Positions 40,380 to 54,047 of a DNA stretch of 64,000 nucleotides are shown piece by piece; position 1 is the first letter of the stretch, and each line of letters starts with the position of its first letter. Position numbers and translations under genes: made by a program. This DNA is from Macrostomum lignano. Its lineage: Eukaryota. The stretch spans positions 32,780 to 96,779 of the forward strand of contig NIVC01003458.1 in assembly GCA_002269645.1 (NCBI GenBank), written 5' to 3'. The notes under the pieces are model-generated. The model had not been told where the DNA came from and did no database searches. It worked only from the letters and a program-made list of their open reading frames with translations.

Positions 40380-41379
40380 AGCATTCGTGAGTTATTGATA
40401 ATGCTTGTTTTGTGAACAGCAGGTCAGCACAGCTTGTATTGCAAATACGGTGCTCCACATTAGCCAGACAATGCATCTCTCAAAGTTTGTGTTTGTTGAC
40501 TGCGCCAGTCTCTCTATCTACATCAATGTCTTCTTAAAGAGTCAATCGCTGAACAGAAGAACTCTGTGCGGTACAGCGCAAATAGGCTGTTTGTGTTGGC
40601 TTATTGGGCTCCAGATTTAGGGCCAGCATATTGGAGCATAACTGTATAGCGACCTTCTCTCCCTGCCTCTCTCTCTCCCCCTCTCTCCATCTTTTTCTCC
40701 GTCAGGCGTCTTTGGCGAACGGCTTGCTGCCAAGCTGCAAGCACCGAATACACAGAAGCGCTCTGCCAGCCATTCGATGCCCATAACCCAGGAGCCGCTG
40801 CGTGTTTACCTACGGACTACAAAGTGAAAGCAAAAAATAGGGGGCAGGGGCCCTAAGCGCTGCTGGGACATTGCTTCGGGAAAGCAGACTTGGCTGACCG
40901 CCCGAAAAAAGGTCCAATGTTTTTGGCATGGCTGGCTGGGAACTAGGTCGAACGCTTGTCCTAATTGAGATAATTTTCTGTAATACGACAAAGCCACCTC
41001 CCAGTCCCTGTTCGGGCAAGCGAGTTTGCGAGCTCTCTTTCACTCAGCTCTTCTTTTGCCTCTGTCCGCTGAAAGCAATTATAACATCCGTAGGATATCT
41101 TCGCCTATCTAGATATTCCCCACAGAAATCGTACAACTGCTTCCCCAGGCTGTATGAGATTTGAAAATAATCAGGCATGATCAGTTGATGTCCGTTTGAC
41201 TCCACAGGATCACACATGTAAGTACGGCATCACGGCAGTGGCCCCACAGACAAAATTAGGAAGCAGTTTAGGAAAGCCCATAAAGATAGAAAAGTAACTT
41301 TTTAATCTGGCTCGATGAGTGTTTATATAACTGATAGTGAAAGCATTGCGAGGTTTTGAGCTCATATGAAGCTAGGCCA

Positions 41380-41742
41380 TAGACATAATCAATCCTGCAA
41401 GCTTCGGGAAAAGATTTACCATAGACATAATCAATCCTGCACCATCTAGAGAGAAATTTACCAATAGACATAATCAATACTGCACGCTCTGGGGAGAGAT
41501 TTACCATAGACATAATCGATACTGCACGCTCTGGGGAGAGATTTACCATAGACATAATCAATCCTGCACGCTCTGGGGAGAGATTTACCATAGACATAAT
41601 CAATACTGCACGCTCTGGGGAGAGATTTACCATAGACATTATCAATCCTGCACGCTCTGGGGAGAGATTTACCATAGACATAATCAATCCTGCACGCTCT
41701 GGGGAGAGATTTACCATGGACATAATCAATCCTGCACGCTTG
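41380..41742. repeat. 42-bp minisatellite (ATAGACATAATCAATCCTGCACGCTCTGGGGAGAGATTTACC)n
   Basis: Direct reading; 14-aa periodic ORF on -. Confidence 0.93.
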
Positions 41743-42299
41743 TAGGGAATTTTGCTTGGAAGGAGAAAGATATTTGTTTACGAGACCAGCGTATTGTAAG
41801 GACAAGAGAATAGAAGCTAAAAGTGAAAATGGGAGCTTTCCCTAATTATAGAGCTCCATCCTAAAATGATGGAAGCACTCCACACAACGCGCAAGTGCAA
41901 ACACGACAAGCTCGACAAGGATGATGAGAGTTCACGCTGGCTTTGATGGTGATTGGACATGAATGATTGTTATAGAGTGAAGAAGCCTCCTTGATAGACT
42001 TACTAATTGCTCCGTGTGTGAAGCGTGAATTTAAGTGACTTTTGTGGCGGGTGAGGGTAGCTATCCTCTGCCTAGTGTCCTCTGTTGCAATCAGTGAAAT
42101 ATATAAAGTACAGTATAGGCTGCAAAATAAAAAACTGGAGACTTGACTGAGATAGATTGAGAGTGTGCTGCACATAGAAGGTAAGATTAACTAGAGAAAT
42201 TACGAGCTAAGATTAAGATTGAAAGATAGTAGTTGAAGGTGAGATTAGGAGAGATAGTGGATAAAAGTCAGAGTGAGATTGTGAGAGATAGTGGGTGAG

Positions 42300-42992
42300 A
42301 GTGAGATTAGAGTGACACTGGGTGATGAGGGATGAGAGTGAGACTGCTATTGAGACTGATTGATGGGGGATGAGAGAGAGTGAGACTGCTATTGAGACTG
42401 AGTGATGGGGGATAAGAGAGAGTGAGCTTGCTAGTGAGACTGAGTGATGGGAGATGAGAGAGAGTGAGCTTGCTAGTGAGACTGAGTGATGGGAGATGAG
42501 AGAGAGTGAGCTTTTTAGTGAGACTGAGTGATGGGAGATGAGAGAGAGTGAGCTTGCTAGTGAGACTGAGTGATGGGAGATGAGAGAGAGTGAGCTTGCT
42601 AGTGAGACTGAGTGATGGGAGATGAGAGAGAGTGAGATTGCTAGTGAGACTGAGTGATGGGAGATGAGAGAGAGTGAGATTGCTAGTGAGACTGAGTGAT
42701 GGGAGATGAGAGAGAGTGAGATTGCTAGTGAGACTGAGTGATGGGAGATGAGAGAGAGTGAGATTGCTAGTGAGACTGAGTGATGGGAGATGAGAGAGAG
42801 TGAGCTTGCTAGTGAGACTGAGTGATGGGGGATGAGAGAGAGTGAGCTTGTTAGTGAGACTGAGTGATGGGAGATGAGAGAGAGTGAGATTGCTAGTGAG
42901 ACTGAGTGATGGGAGATGAGAGAGAGTGAGCTTGCTAGTGAGACTGAGTGATGGGGGATGAGAGAGAGTGAGCTTGTTAGTGAGACTGAGTG
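42300..42992. repeat. 42-bp minisatellite (AGTGAGCTTGCTAGTGAGACTGAGTGATGGGAGATGAGAGAG)n
   Basis: Direct reading. Confidence 0.95.
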
Positions 42993-44211
42993 CACGATAA
43001 ATAGTGAAGATAATAAATATTGTCTGTATTTTATAAGAAAAATTTTCTGAATAAATTTTTTTAACCAACTGGAGCATATCTGAAAAGCGGAAAAATAGTG
43101 CAGTAGATAAGGCCATGTCTGCAGACAGGCACTGGGGGCAGCCCAAGTCCTCGATTACCCAGCCAGCGGCCCCAGGGGAAGAAACTAGTGGCCGAACTTT
43201 GTAGCAGTGGGGGAAAATCCCACTTCCTAATAACCGCTTCCTCCACAGCGGCCAAATCGATTTCCAAAGAGGGACTAGAATTGGGGAGTGCCTGGCGGCT
43301 GAGCACACGCTGCACTACAGATGAAGCCGTCTGCCGTTTGCCAACATCGAACTTTTTAGCACACATCAACTATTTTCTAGTACGGCTAGGGGGTGTTCGC
43401 TCGTAAACCAAGAGGAGGGGAAGAGAAGAAGGGAGGAAAAAGTTCCCAAGAATAGGAACAGAATTATCAGCCTTCGTTTTCAAGAAGTCGGATGGGCAGT
43501 TTATTCCAGAAACGGCCACAGGGCTGCCGGAGCCTCCGCTCCCAGCGGGGGTCAGTCGCTTTGGAGGGTGGCAGTGAAGGAGAGGGCGAGGCCGGGACGT
43601 CAACCATTGTGGGAATATATATTATTTTGGGGTTGGGAATGGACGAGCTGATGAAGAAGAGGCTGAATCGAAGGCGCCAGATTGATAGAAGCGAAGAGGC
43701 GGGGAGACGCAAGACAGGGAGATGATAAGCACTCCGACACAAGCAGAGCTGGCGTGCAGGGTTGCGAGGCAAAAAAGTCCAAGATTTTTACCAGAATCTG
43801 TAGCATAAATAATTAACCAAAATCGGCCAAATAATGCGGGACTGACTTCCTGGCCTAGTTACAGACCGGAGACTAAAAATTAAGTTCGCAGAAGCCATGA
43901 CAACAAGACTGCTCAAGCGATGATGGAGAAAGAAAAAAAGTGCAACACAAGTCTCCTTGGTCGAGCAGGAGCAGCCCTAGAGAATTCTTTCCCGGAGTGG
44001 GAGGGGCCCACGGCACTGCACATTCAGCTCCCCGTGCACTATACTTCCAGGGAAAAAAGGAATTTGAAATTTGCCCATTAAAAATTCAGCCACTATTTTG
44101 ATGGAGCCGGAGGGGTGAGTTGCGAGCTGAGCGAGTCCCCGGAGTTGCTCCTCAGCTGGCCTCTCCTCGCCTTCGATTTTCGCGTCTCGTTACACCAATG
44201 GGATGCAATTT

Positions 44212-44720
<509 letters not shown>

Positions 44721-45055
44721 ACCATTTTTTTCGGATTTCTGTATACTGAATTTAGTATTAGAATGTATTTATACCATATAAATTATACCAGCTATCCCGC
44801 ATACTAGGCCGCCCGTAGGATGTGTGAGCAGATCTGAAGCCTCCCCAATCCAATCTCATCGAACAGAGGGCCGCGTCGCCAGCACCTGCTGGAACCCATC
44901 TATCGGATTGCAATATTTTTCTCTCAAACCTCAGCTTGGCATCGAGCGCTTTCTGCTGCAGCTGCCTCTGCCTGAACCCGCAGGCTCGAGTGCCTGCAAT
45001 CGCTGCGTCTCCGCCTCTCCCCCTCCTCTTACCGCCCTGGTCCATCAGCGCTCAC

Positions 45056-45686
45056 CGAGATACTCTGGCGTGCCGCACATCGTGTAAGTCCGGTCCTTCA
45101 GCACCTTGGCGAATCCAAAGTCCGTTATCTTGAGGTGGCCCTGCGTGTCTAGCAGCAAGTTTTCCGGCTTCAAATCGCGGTAGACAACCGACAGGTCGTG
45201 CAGGTAGATGACGGCGGTGAGAATCTCAGCCGAGTAGAACTGTGCACTGGAGTTCGAGAACGTTCCGGCCGTTCTCAAGTAAGAGAAGATCTCGCCGCCG
45301 CACACGAAGTCGAAGATCATGTACAGGAACTTGACGTCGTGATTGGTCCAGAACAGGCTAACCAGGAATGGGTGATTAACCATCTTCAGAATCGACTTCT
45401 CATTCTTGACGTGCTCAACCTGTTTGAGCCGCATCACGTCCTCTATGATGAGAATTTTCAATGCGAAATACTCGCCAGAAGTTTTCTCCCTGATGACCAT
45501 GACGCGGCCGAAGGTCCCGGTGCCCACGGTGCGCAGCAGCTCCGCTTGGCGAAGGGAGAATTTCTGCCAGTCAACGGCGGATTGGGTTCCGCTGATGAGC
45601 GGCTGCTGCTGCTGCTGCAGCTGCATCTTGGACACGGCTGAGGCGACTTGATCCACCCCGTTTTGGCCGCCACCTTTCTCAGCCAT
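45056..45686 (-). CDS. PRKX: PRKX-like kinase exon 1 (subdomains I-VIII)
   Basis: MAEK...GTGTFGRV...YFALK...VYRDLKPENLLLD...ITDFGFAK...TYTMCGTPEYL; donor G|GTGAGC. Confidence 0.92.
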
Positions 45687-48600
45687 TTGCGTTTCAACTT
45701 CTGACAGTTTGAACTCTTCAATTTGTTGTCACAGGGGTGTCTGTCTATGGTTGAAACCCCCGACTGTTTGATGGGGCTGAACTCTGAAATTGTCAGGTTG
45801 TTCGGGTAAATAATTAGTTTAAAAATCGAGCTGGCAAGCAACCATCATGGGCGTGTATACTCAGCAACAGTCAAAAGTTCCATCCTCCAAATTGCGGAAA
45901 CTTCACACTCACAATTCAACCCTCAAGTTACGCAACTAAGGCGCCGCGAGGAAGGGAAAGTTGATTGAATATCAATACTCGTAGTAAACGTCGGTCGCAC
46001 AAAATCATAAAATTTTTGCAATATTCAGTTAGAATCGCGACGCGTGTGGGATCCCCTCCCTCGCAAGCAGAAGTGCGACGACTCTGCGGGGCATCCCAAG
46101 GATGAGGCAGCGCAGAATGATGCAGAGCTCTCCGCAACATTCTATGGTGGATTCTCTTTTCGAATGCTACGTCTGGGGACCGGGAAGGCCAGCGCAGAGT
46201 GCGCAGCTGCGTAGCTGTTCCTTCAGTTGACTAGCAGCATCGGGTTGGTGTTGCGGGGCGTTGTTCCTGGGCTAGGGTCTGCTTAATGTCCAGGCCTGGA
46301 CCATTAAGCAGACCCAAGCCAACCCCAAGCGGCAATAAGTGAAAAAATCATCTCGCTTAGTGGGGTGGAACTTTTCACTGTTGCTGAATATATGACACGA
46401 CAAGTTTCTACACACATCTAGGGACCAAGGAATGCATAATAATGTTTTCAAGAGGGCTGCAGGCCTTCGGAGACATCGGTCCCACAACCTGCGCTGACGG
46501 CAATTCTCCCCATTCTGTTGACTCCTGAGCACCTGCAAGCGCGCCAATGCTGTACACAAGCTCGCAATGATACACACGCTCTCATGACCTGTTGACCTCT
46601 CATGTCTGTGAATCGTACAACAACCCCCCCTAGGCCAATTTTCGTGAACGACCAGCCCCGAATGATGCTCCATAAATGTACAGTGCCCTCCGAGAAATGC
46701 TCAGTTCCAAGTGTCTGACAGTACACTGTGAACTAAAACAGACTGGAACACTATTGATAGCTGGTGAGCTGCATATACGGACCTCTTCAATTCTAACATA
46801 AGATGAGATTCAACAGCAACTTGGGAGCCCCGTGGCTTCCACTGCCTCCCTCTGCCCTCTCCCCTTAAAAGAGGGACTGCTTCCTGTCGCCTGAGCGCTG
46901 GGAGCAGCACTGGAGCGACCCCTTCCATGATCCCGCGCGCTCATGCTGGCTGCTCTGTTGTAAAAGTGCATGAATATTTTCAGCCTAGTGCTCACCCACT
47001 CACTCTCTATCTAACTAGCATCATTGAATGCACGTGTCCACCTCGTGAGATTAGAAGGGGGTTGAAGGGACAAGTGGTGGTAGTTTTTGGCAGCGCTTGG
47101 CAACTAAAGTGGCGTGGGGGGAGAGAGAGGGAATGGGAGTATGAGATGATGGGGAGGATTTTGGGTGACGCTTAACTAGTCTAGGTAAAATTCAATACTC
47201 TCACAGCAGACTCAATCGTTTCTTACCTTAGCTTAGATTAAAGCAGCTGGACTTTCTGTGCTGAGATTCTATTCTCCTGCTTTTTTCAGGCTGCTGTGCC
47301 CGGCCCCAGCCGCAGTGGATAAAAATGGAAAGATTAGAGAGAGGTACTGGATCCCCAATTGAATCTGGGGGGAAGGCTTGACTTTATTGGTAGAGCGAGC
47401 GAGAGACGGTATGTATTTACACAGGAGACCGATTCGCTTATAAGGGACTGTGTGCGCCGCTCTCCTATCGCCGTTCCCCCTCAGCGCTGCAGCATCATTT
47501 CTTATCCTATTGAGAGGGATGAAGAAGGAGTGGGGAGGGCTGTCTTAAACACCGCGCATTCAGGCCTTACCCCACCAACCCGGGCAGCATCATCTATAGT
47601 CCAGTCTCCAGCCTATCCATCTCTCTCTCTGACTGCATCCATGGGGCCCCTGCAGCAGCAGCCAATCCGCTGGTCGGGTCTAACTAAACTAAAAGCTAGC
47701 TGCAGGCGGATAAAGGAAAAAAAAAAAAAAACGAAAAAAATTATTGAGATTAGTTCCTGTTTAAGATTTCCCTCCCAGCTGGCCTCTCAAATTACTCTGA
47801 TTGAAAGCTGTCTTCTCTCGTCGAGGGCTTGTAATTAAAAGGAAGCAGGTTTCGCGCGACAGAGGAAGCAACAATCAGGAAAATTTTCCCAGGCACTTAT
47901 CCGGGAGGAGCCTTGCGCCACCTGTTTCAACCCCTGCTTCTGCGTCTACGCCATGTACTCCACATGATTCTGAAAATGACACAATCTTCGTACAGTCTCG
48001 CATCTGATAATATAAATTTTATATGAAACCATGTAAAACCTTGCACGGTGCAGGTCTCCGTCGCATCTGAGTAACTATAATAGTTTAAATGGGGTCATGG
48101 TATATAGCACGGTTACTTCAGCTATTTGGTCCTGGAGTCATAAATCCGCAGTTTTGTTATCTTTTTGACTTTAGAGGCTAAATCAAGCTAATTACCGTAA
48201 ATCTAGTCAACTGCACAAGCCGATAAAAGTTTAATTGTCAAATTTTTATAGAACTGAAAACAAAAAAGTACTTTATGTGTCAGCGGCCCAGGCTCGATTC
48301 CAAGTGCAGTCACATTAATTTGGGGCTAAATTGGAGTCTCAGCTAGGCTCTGCTCGTGAAATTAATGTGAATTTGTGTGCCTGCTCAAGAGAGTCGGCGG
48401 AATGGGCAGCAATGTCTCTCAACGGTTGTGCGACAATGTCGCTTAAAGTGCGCCAGGGTACAAAAGTACGTTTTGGAAGTTGATAGTAGCTTGAAAAACA
48501 AGCAAGAACCTACGCTGTTTATGCGTAATGTTTTTGCTACAATGTATCCATTCGTGTAGAAAGTGAAAAATAAATCTGTATATTTACGGGTCAGTTTAAA

Positions 48601-49845
48601 TTGAAATCGGAAAATCGGACACATCATTTGTGACCTAAATAAAATCTAGATGAAAATATAACTTTTAACACAAGTAAACAACAAAATATTTGATTCTCGA
48701 TCGTCTTTCAAAATTTTACGATTTATCAGGGCCGTATATAACTATGCGACCCCTGCTTAACAAAATTTCTTGCATCTCACAAATTGATGTGGTGTTATTC
48801 ATATATTTTATTGCTATAATTATTTTGTTACACAATAAAATACCCTGAATAATAATGAAATCTACGAATATACAAATTTCGTTTTTTCAAAAGAAGATAT
48901 CAAAAATAAACCATATTCGATTACATTTTATACTGGATGCTGATAAATTTCACTTTTAATATCACATTATTTCGAAAAGGTTTATTTTCTTTTCAAAATG
49001 ATATTGTACTCGTGGAATTTCTTTTATATGCTAATTTTTCTGACAAGATTGTAAACCTTATTTTTCCTACTGTTTGTATTTAGAAAACGAGAATACAAGA
49101 AAATTTGGCTGCATTGTAATTCTACACTTAATTGTATTCGATGTATCCAGTTTATTAAATAAAATGGTGGTTTCGTAAATGTAATATGAGCTCTTGTACA
49201 TGTCGTGAATTATGATCGGCGAAAACTATTTCATTAACGTTATTTTTTATCGCGACAAGTTTTGTAACTTTAAATCTCAAAATGATATATGAAAATGTAT
49301 TTTTATTTTCAGCCGGTATATTTTACATTTCATTTAGAAAACAAGCATTGATATTCAAAAGTTTTGTTTTAGTATTTTGAACCGTGTATTTTTGACTTTA
49401 CGTATTTCAAAGAACAGCTTTCTCTGCGTGAAAGTTATTGTCTGCAAAGTGTATAATATATTGCATAACGAACGAAACAAAGTGAAGAAACCACAATATT
49501 TTTATCGTGTAAGTACTTCGGGGTAGTTGACATTACATATATATTTTGGAATGGACATATAATATTTTTTTAATGGAATTTGAGCTTAAAAATTAAGGTT
49601 TTGCTTCTTGTTTTTCTCTTCCAAACTCTCAGGAAAAATTCTAAATACCTAAAAATAAAAGCAAAGGCAAAAGAATACAGAGCAAGAATATTCTGAAAAA
49701 AATATACAATTCAGAATCAATGCAGACATGTTATTTGCATAAAAATTGCAGAATGTGAGATTCACTTCACTGTAGCTTTGACAGCAAACGGAGCATCTGT
49801 AATCGTTAGAGCTCAATTCAAAGACCTCCTCTGCAGCTATTAGCA

Positions 49846-49997
49846 ATGAAAACGGCTGCGTCAAAAATCCAGAATTTGGACTGCGGAGCTGCGACGGCGC
49901 CTGGGACAGCGCAAAAAGTCGACGCCGTTGGTTTGTCGGAAAAAACTTGTCAGCTTGATGCGAGTCCCACCAGCCCGCTGGGTGTATGGGTGAATAT
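49846..49997 (+). CDS. Probable orphan gene exon A
   Basis: ATG at 49846 (an upstream in-frame acceptor CTCTGCAG at 49836 is also possible); open to a consensus donor AT|GTGAGT at 49998, phase 2. Confidence 0.5.
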
Positions 49998-50264
49998 GTG
50001 AGTACACCTGAAGGACTCGTGTCTAGTGTTATCTACCTAAAATTTGAAATTATAAGACCACTAGATTAATAAAATGACATAACACTTAATGATTTTGAAA
50101 ATTTAATGCAAGTCCAAAGTTTGCCCTTTTGTATACAAATTTAAAACAATTAATATGGTAGATGCTGTTTCGTTAAAGAGTTCCATTATTTTCTGTTATC
50201 TGCCCTACACCCGAAGTGGTAGAATTCGCAAAATGCCCTTTATAATCGCGATCGCATTTCAAAG

Positions 50265-50467
50265 GACGCCGCGATCCGAGCTGTCAATCTCAGAGCCGCC
50301 GCAGCACCCAGTTGGACTGTTTGCGCACTCGCACCCGTTCTATGGCAACCTGCCCTCCGTGAACGGCCGGGCCCGCCTGACGCCCGGCAATTTGCTCGTC
50401 GGCTCGTCCACCGCGTCGCCAGCGAGGAGGCAGCAAAACTCGAAGCCAAGCTCAACCATTGCCGAGG
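50265..50467 (+). CDS. Probable orphan gene exon B
   Basis: Acceptor TTTCAAAG at 50264; TPRSELSISEPPQHPVGLFAHSHPFYGNLPSVNGRARLTPGNLLVG..., GC3-rich; donor G|GTGAGC at 50468; phases 2 in, 1 out. Confidence 0.58.
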
Positions 50468-50953
50468 GTGAGCACAAGAACCAGCAATGAGTTGTCATGG
50501 GATGGATTTTCTTTGCTGGTTGATTGGACGTTTCTTTGCTTTGATTCTATTAGCCAGCACCAAAACTTAAAAAAGCAATAAAATAAAGGAGCAGAGCAGT
50601 TCAGCGGTTGACGTGTCTGACCTTCAGAGGTTCAGTTGTTTCGTGCAATTCGCATTTATGAAGGCTAGCACTCAAGGCACAGAGTGTGTAAATGATTAGA
50701 AAGATTAGACAGTCAGGGCCGATGTACACCCGTGTGAGCGTGTGCCTGCAAACGTATCCGTGTGTTTGAGGCGTCAGCGGAACGGGCCTGACTGCTTGCC
50801 TTCTCGATGAATAGTTTTTAAATTGCAGTGAAATTTTTCAACTGATTTTTTGAGGTGAACTTGGAAAATTTCATTTACTCTCGTCCGGGCTGTGAGAGGT
50901 TGAGGTTTTTATTAGAATTTCGTGCTTTCATGGAAATTGCAACTTGCGCACAG

Positions 50954-51195
50954 GCCGCGGCTGCAGCCCCGCGCCAACCACTTCGTCTGCGGAGGCGGCG
51001 GCGGCAAAGCTGGCCGGATTATTTCCGACAGTCGGCTGCGGAGGCTACCAGCGCCTGACTCCGGACGCCTGCCGCCGCAACCATCGAAAGCGTCGACTTC
51101 AGTGCAGCCGCCATCGTAGCGGCGGCGACAACTGCAGCATCAGCAGCAGCTGCAGCTGCAGCAGTTGCAGTAGCCAAAACTCAGGTGACATCTAA
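50954..51195 (+). CDS. Probable orphan gene exon C (ends at TAA 51195, or splices at G|GTGACA 51185)
   Basis: Acceptor GCGCACAG at 50953, phase 1, in frame with exon B; Ala/Ser/Cys/Arg-rich GC-rich sequence. Confidence 0.52.
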
Positions 51196-51315
51196 ATGTA
51201 CATGTACATTTCGTCAGGATTCTACCGCCAACGCCAACTCTCATGACCCCTGGTTTGATTCCGTGCTAGGCCACATTCAGTTGGGGCTTGTTTGTGCACG
51301 AAAATTGACCTAGGG

Positions 51316-52043
51316 CAGGGGTCGGCAAACTCCGGCCCGCGAAGCCTCTCTATCCGGCCCTCGGGTCCTTTGAAACTTCACAATAGCAATCCGGCTCGCT
51401 AAAATGTTTTTGTCTCTTCTCTCCTCTCTCCTCTCTCCTCTCTTCTCCCCGTCTCTCCTCTCTCCTCTCTCCTCTCTCCTCTCTCCTCTCTACTCTCTCC
51501 TCTCTCCTCTCTCTCTCTCCTCTCTCCTCTCTCCTCTCTCTCTCTCCTCTCTCTCTCTCCTCTCTCCTCTCTCCTCTCTCTCTCTCCTCTCTCCTCTCTC
51601 CTCTCTACTCTCTCCTCTCTCCTCTCTCCTCTCTCCTCTCTCCTCTCTACTCTCTCCTCTATCCCCTCTCCTCTCTACTCTCTCCTCTCTCCTCTCTCTC
51701 TCTCCTCTCTCCTCTCTCCTCTCTCTCTCTCCTCTCTACTCTCTCCTCTCTTCTCCCCGTCTATCCTCTCTCCTCTCTCCTCTCTCCTCTCTCTCTCTCT
51801 CCTCTCTACTCTCTCCTCTCTTCTCCCCGTCTATCCTCTCTCCTCACTCCTCTCTCCTCTTTCTTCTCTCTCCCCTCTATCTCCCCTCTCTCTTCTCTCC
51901 CTTCTCTCGTCCCTCCCCTCTTTTCTCATCTTGTCTTGTTTCTTATCTCTTCTACTCCCTCTCCTTTCCTCTCTAACCTGGGCCGTAGCCATGAGCTGGA
52001 TTCTTCATCCGGCCTTGAGGTAAAAAACTTTTGCCGACCCCTG
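51316..52043. mobile_element. Non-autonomous hAT (Charlie-like) MITE carrying an internal CT-rich satellite
   Basis: TIRs CAGGGGTCGGCAAA / TTTGCCGACCCCTG (14 bp perfect), with CCGGCCC subterminal motifs. The 8-bp flanks ACCTAGGG and GCCCAGGG match at 6/8, consistent with a decayed 8-bp hAT TSD. Confidence 0.8.
51409..51975. repeat. Pyrimidine-rich (CT/CCT) compound satellite inside the MITE
   Basis: Direct reading. Confidence 0.95.
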
Positions 52044-53232
52044 GCCCAGGGGGTTGTCGTGCGGTTCACAGCCATGAGGGCCAGCCCCCCAAGACACAGA
52101 GAATGTACATGCCTGACGATTAGAAAGTCAAAGGACCGCTGTACACCCTGTGTGAGCGTGTGCATGCGTGCGTGCTTGTGTACAGTGTTGGCGAGCTTGT
52201 TTGTGCTCAGGGAGTCAGCGGAATGGCCAGAATTGACGTCAGCGCTGCTTGTGGCCCGATGTTTCCGAGAGCGTTGCGCCAGGGTGCCCGAAGCCCTCCT
52301 TCCTACTTGTCATTCCTGTAATCCAAGCAGATCTCTCTGTATTTTACCTTAAGCGGTAGGTCTAGGGGTTAAGTTGTATGAATAAAGTCTAACGAATGGG
52401 TTCTGACACACGCTAAGTCGCTAGCCAAGTGGTTTGACGAATTCGCCGCCAGCTCTTTTAAGTTAAGCGGAATTGACCTGGGTTAGTACGCTGTTGAATG
52501 GAAACTCAGGTAAGATGAAGAGTGGAAAAATAACCGGAGCTTCAGTTCACCCTGTCTTATTGCTATTAGAATTTCTATATTTCACATGTGAATGCACCTG
52601 ACCACGCATGCATCATTGTTACTAGCGCTTAGTCATCTGTATTCTGCAGATATTCACAAAGCCAAATATTCATGCGGATTTCGGGAACGCAAACCTGTTT
52701 GTTCATTTCCGCGATTGTCTCCGAGCGGTTCCGCAGTCCTAATTGAGTTGGCAGGGATTTATCCCTGAGGAATCACAATTTGTCCCCGATAGCGCCCCAC
52801 CTGCTCGCTACAGTGAGCAGATCCGCCTCTCACTTCCCTAACCACCTCTCTATCTCCTCGCATAGAAATGGAAGCATGCTCATTGCTCAGTTGATCCAAT
52901 TAGTTCCTGCAAGCTATACTGCCGGATCCGACTGCTCCTGTACTCAGTCGAACGTAAGACACTGTTAGCAACAGGATCGTTAGTTCAGCTGGTATCTGCT
53001 CGGTGTGAGGCTTTTATTGCCAAAAACGGGAGAGCAGCGATAAAAATACTGGGCGAAACGACTGGCATTGATCTGCTGCCTACCCACCGCATGGCATCAT
53101 AAATTTATGCAGACAAAGATGTGGAGTTTGGCCAAGATTAGGAGGGGAAGGGGGCAGTGGAATCGACGAGGATGAGAGGAGAGAAAGATAGCGGATAGGT
53201 GAAAATCTATCAGCTTCGTCGTGAAGGATATT

Positions 53233-54047
53233 CTTAAACTGTCTGGACCTCTGCCTCCTCTCTCCCTGTCTCTTAAACTGCCTGGACCTCTGCCTCCTCT
53301 CTCCCTGTCTCTTAAACTGTCTGGACCTCTGCCTCCTCTCTCCCTGTCTCTTAAACTGCCTGGACCTCTGCCTCCTCTCTCCCTGTCTCTTAAACTGCCT
53401 GGACCTCTGCCTCCTCTCTCCCTGTCTCTTAAACTGCCTGGACCTCTGCCTCCTCTCTCCCTGTCTCTTAAACTGCCTGGACCTCTGCCTCCTCTCTCCC
53501 TGTCTCTTAAACTGGCTGGACCTCTCCCTCCTCTCTCCCTGTCTCTTAAACTGCCTGGACCTCTGCCTCCTCTCTCCCTGTCTCTTAAACTGCCTGGACC
53601 TCTGCCTCCTCTCTCCCTGTCTCTTAAACTGCCTGGACCTCTGCCTCCTCTCTCCCTGTCTCTTAAACTGTCTGGACCTCTGCCTCCTCTCTCCCTGTCT
53701 CTTAAACTGCCTGGACCTCTGCCTCCTCTCTCCCTGTCTCTTAAACTGGCTGGACCTCTCCCTCCTCTCTCCCTGTCTCTTAAACTGCCTGGACCTCTGC
53801 CTCCTCTCTCCCTGTCTCTTAAACTGCCTGGACCTCTGCCTCCTCTCTCCCTGCCACTCTCCCTGCCACTCTGCCTCCTCTCTCCCTGTCTCTTAAACTG
53901 CCTGGACCTCTGCCTCCTCTCTCCCTGCCACTCTCCCTGCCACTCTCCCTGCCACTCTCCCTGCCACTCTCCCTGCCACTCTCCCTGCCACTCTCCCTGC
54001 CACTCTCCCTGCCACTCTCCCTGCCACTCTCCCTGCCACTCTCCCTG
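53233..54047. repeat. 39-bp minisatellite (CTTAAACTGCCTGGACCTCTGCCTCCTCTCTCCCTGTCT)n followed by a derived 12-bp (CCACTCTCCCTG)n array
   Basis: Direct reading; the switch occurs near 53850-53930. Confidence 0.95.

Noticed and set aside
43061-43806. Cluster of short ORFs in the kinase intron
   Set aside because: No codon bias or protein-like motifs, and the overlapping frames are inconsistent.
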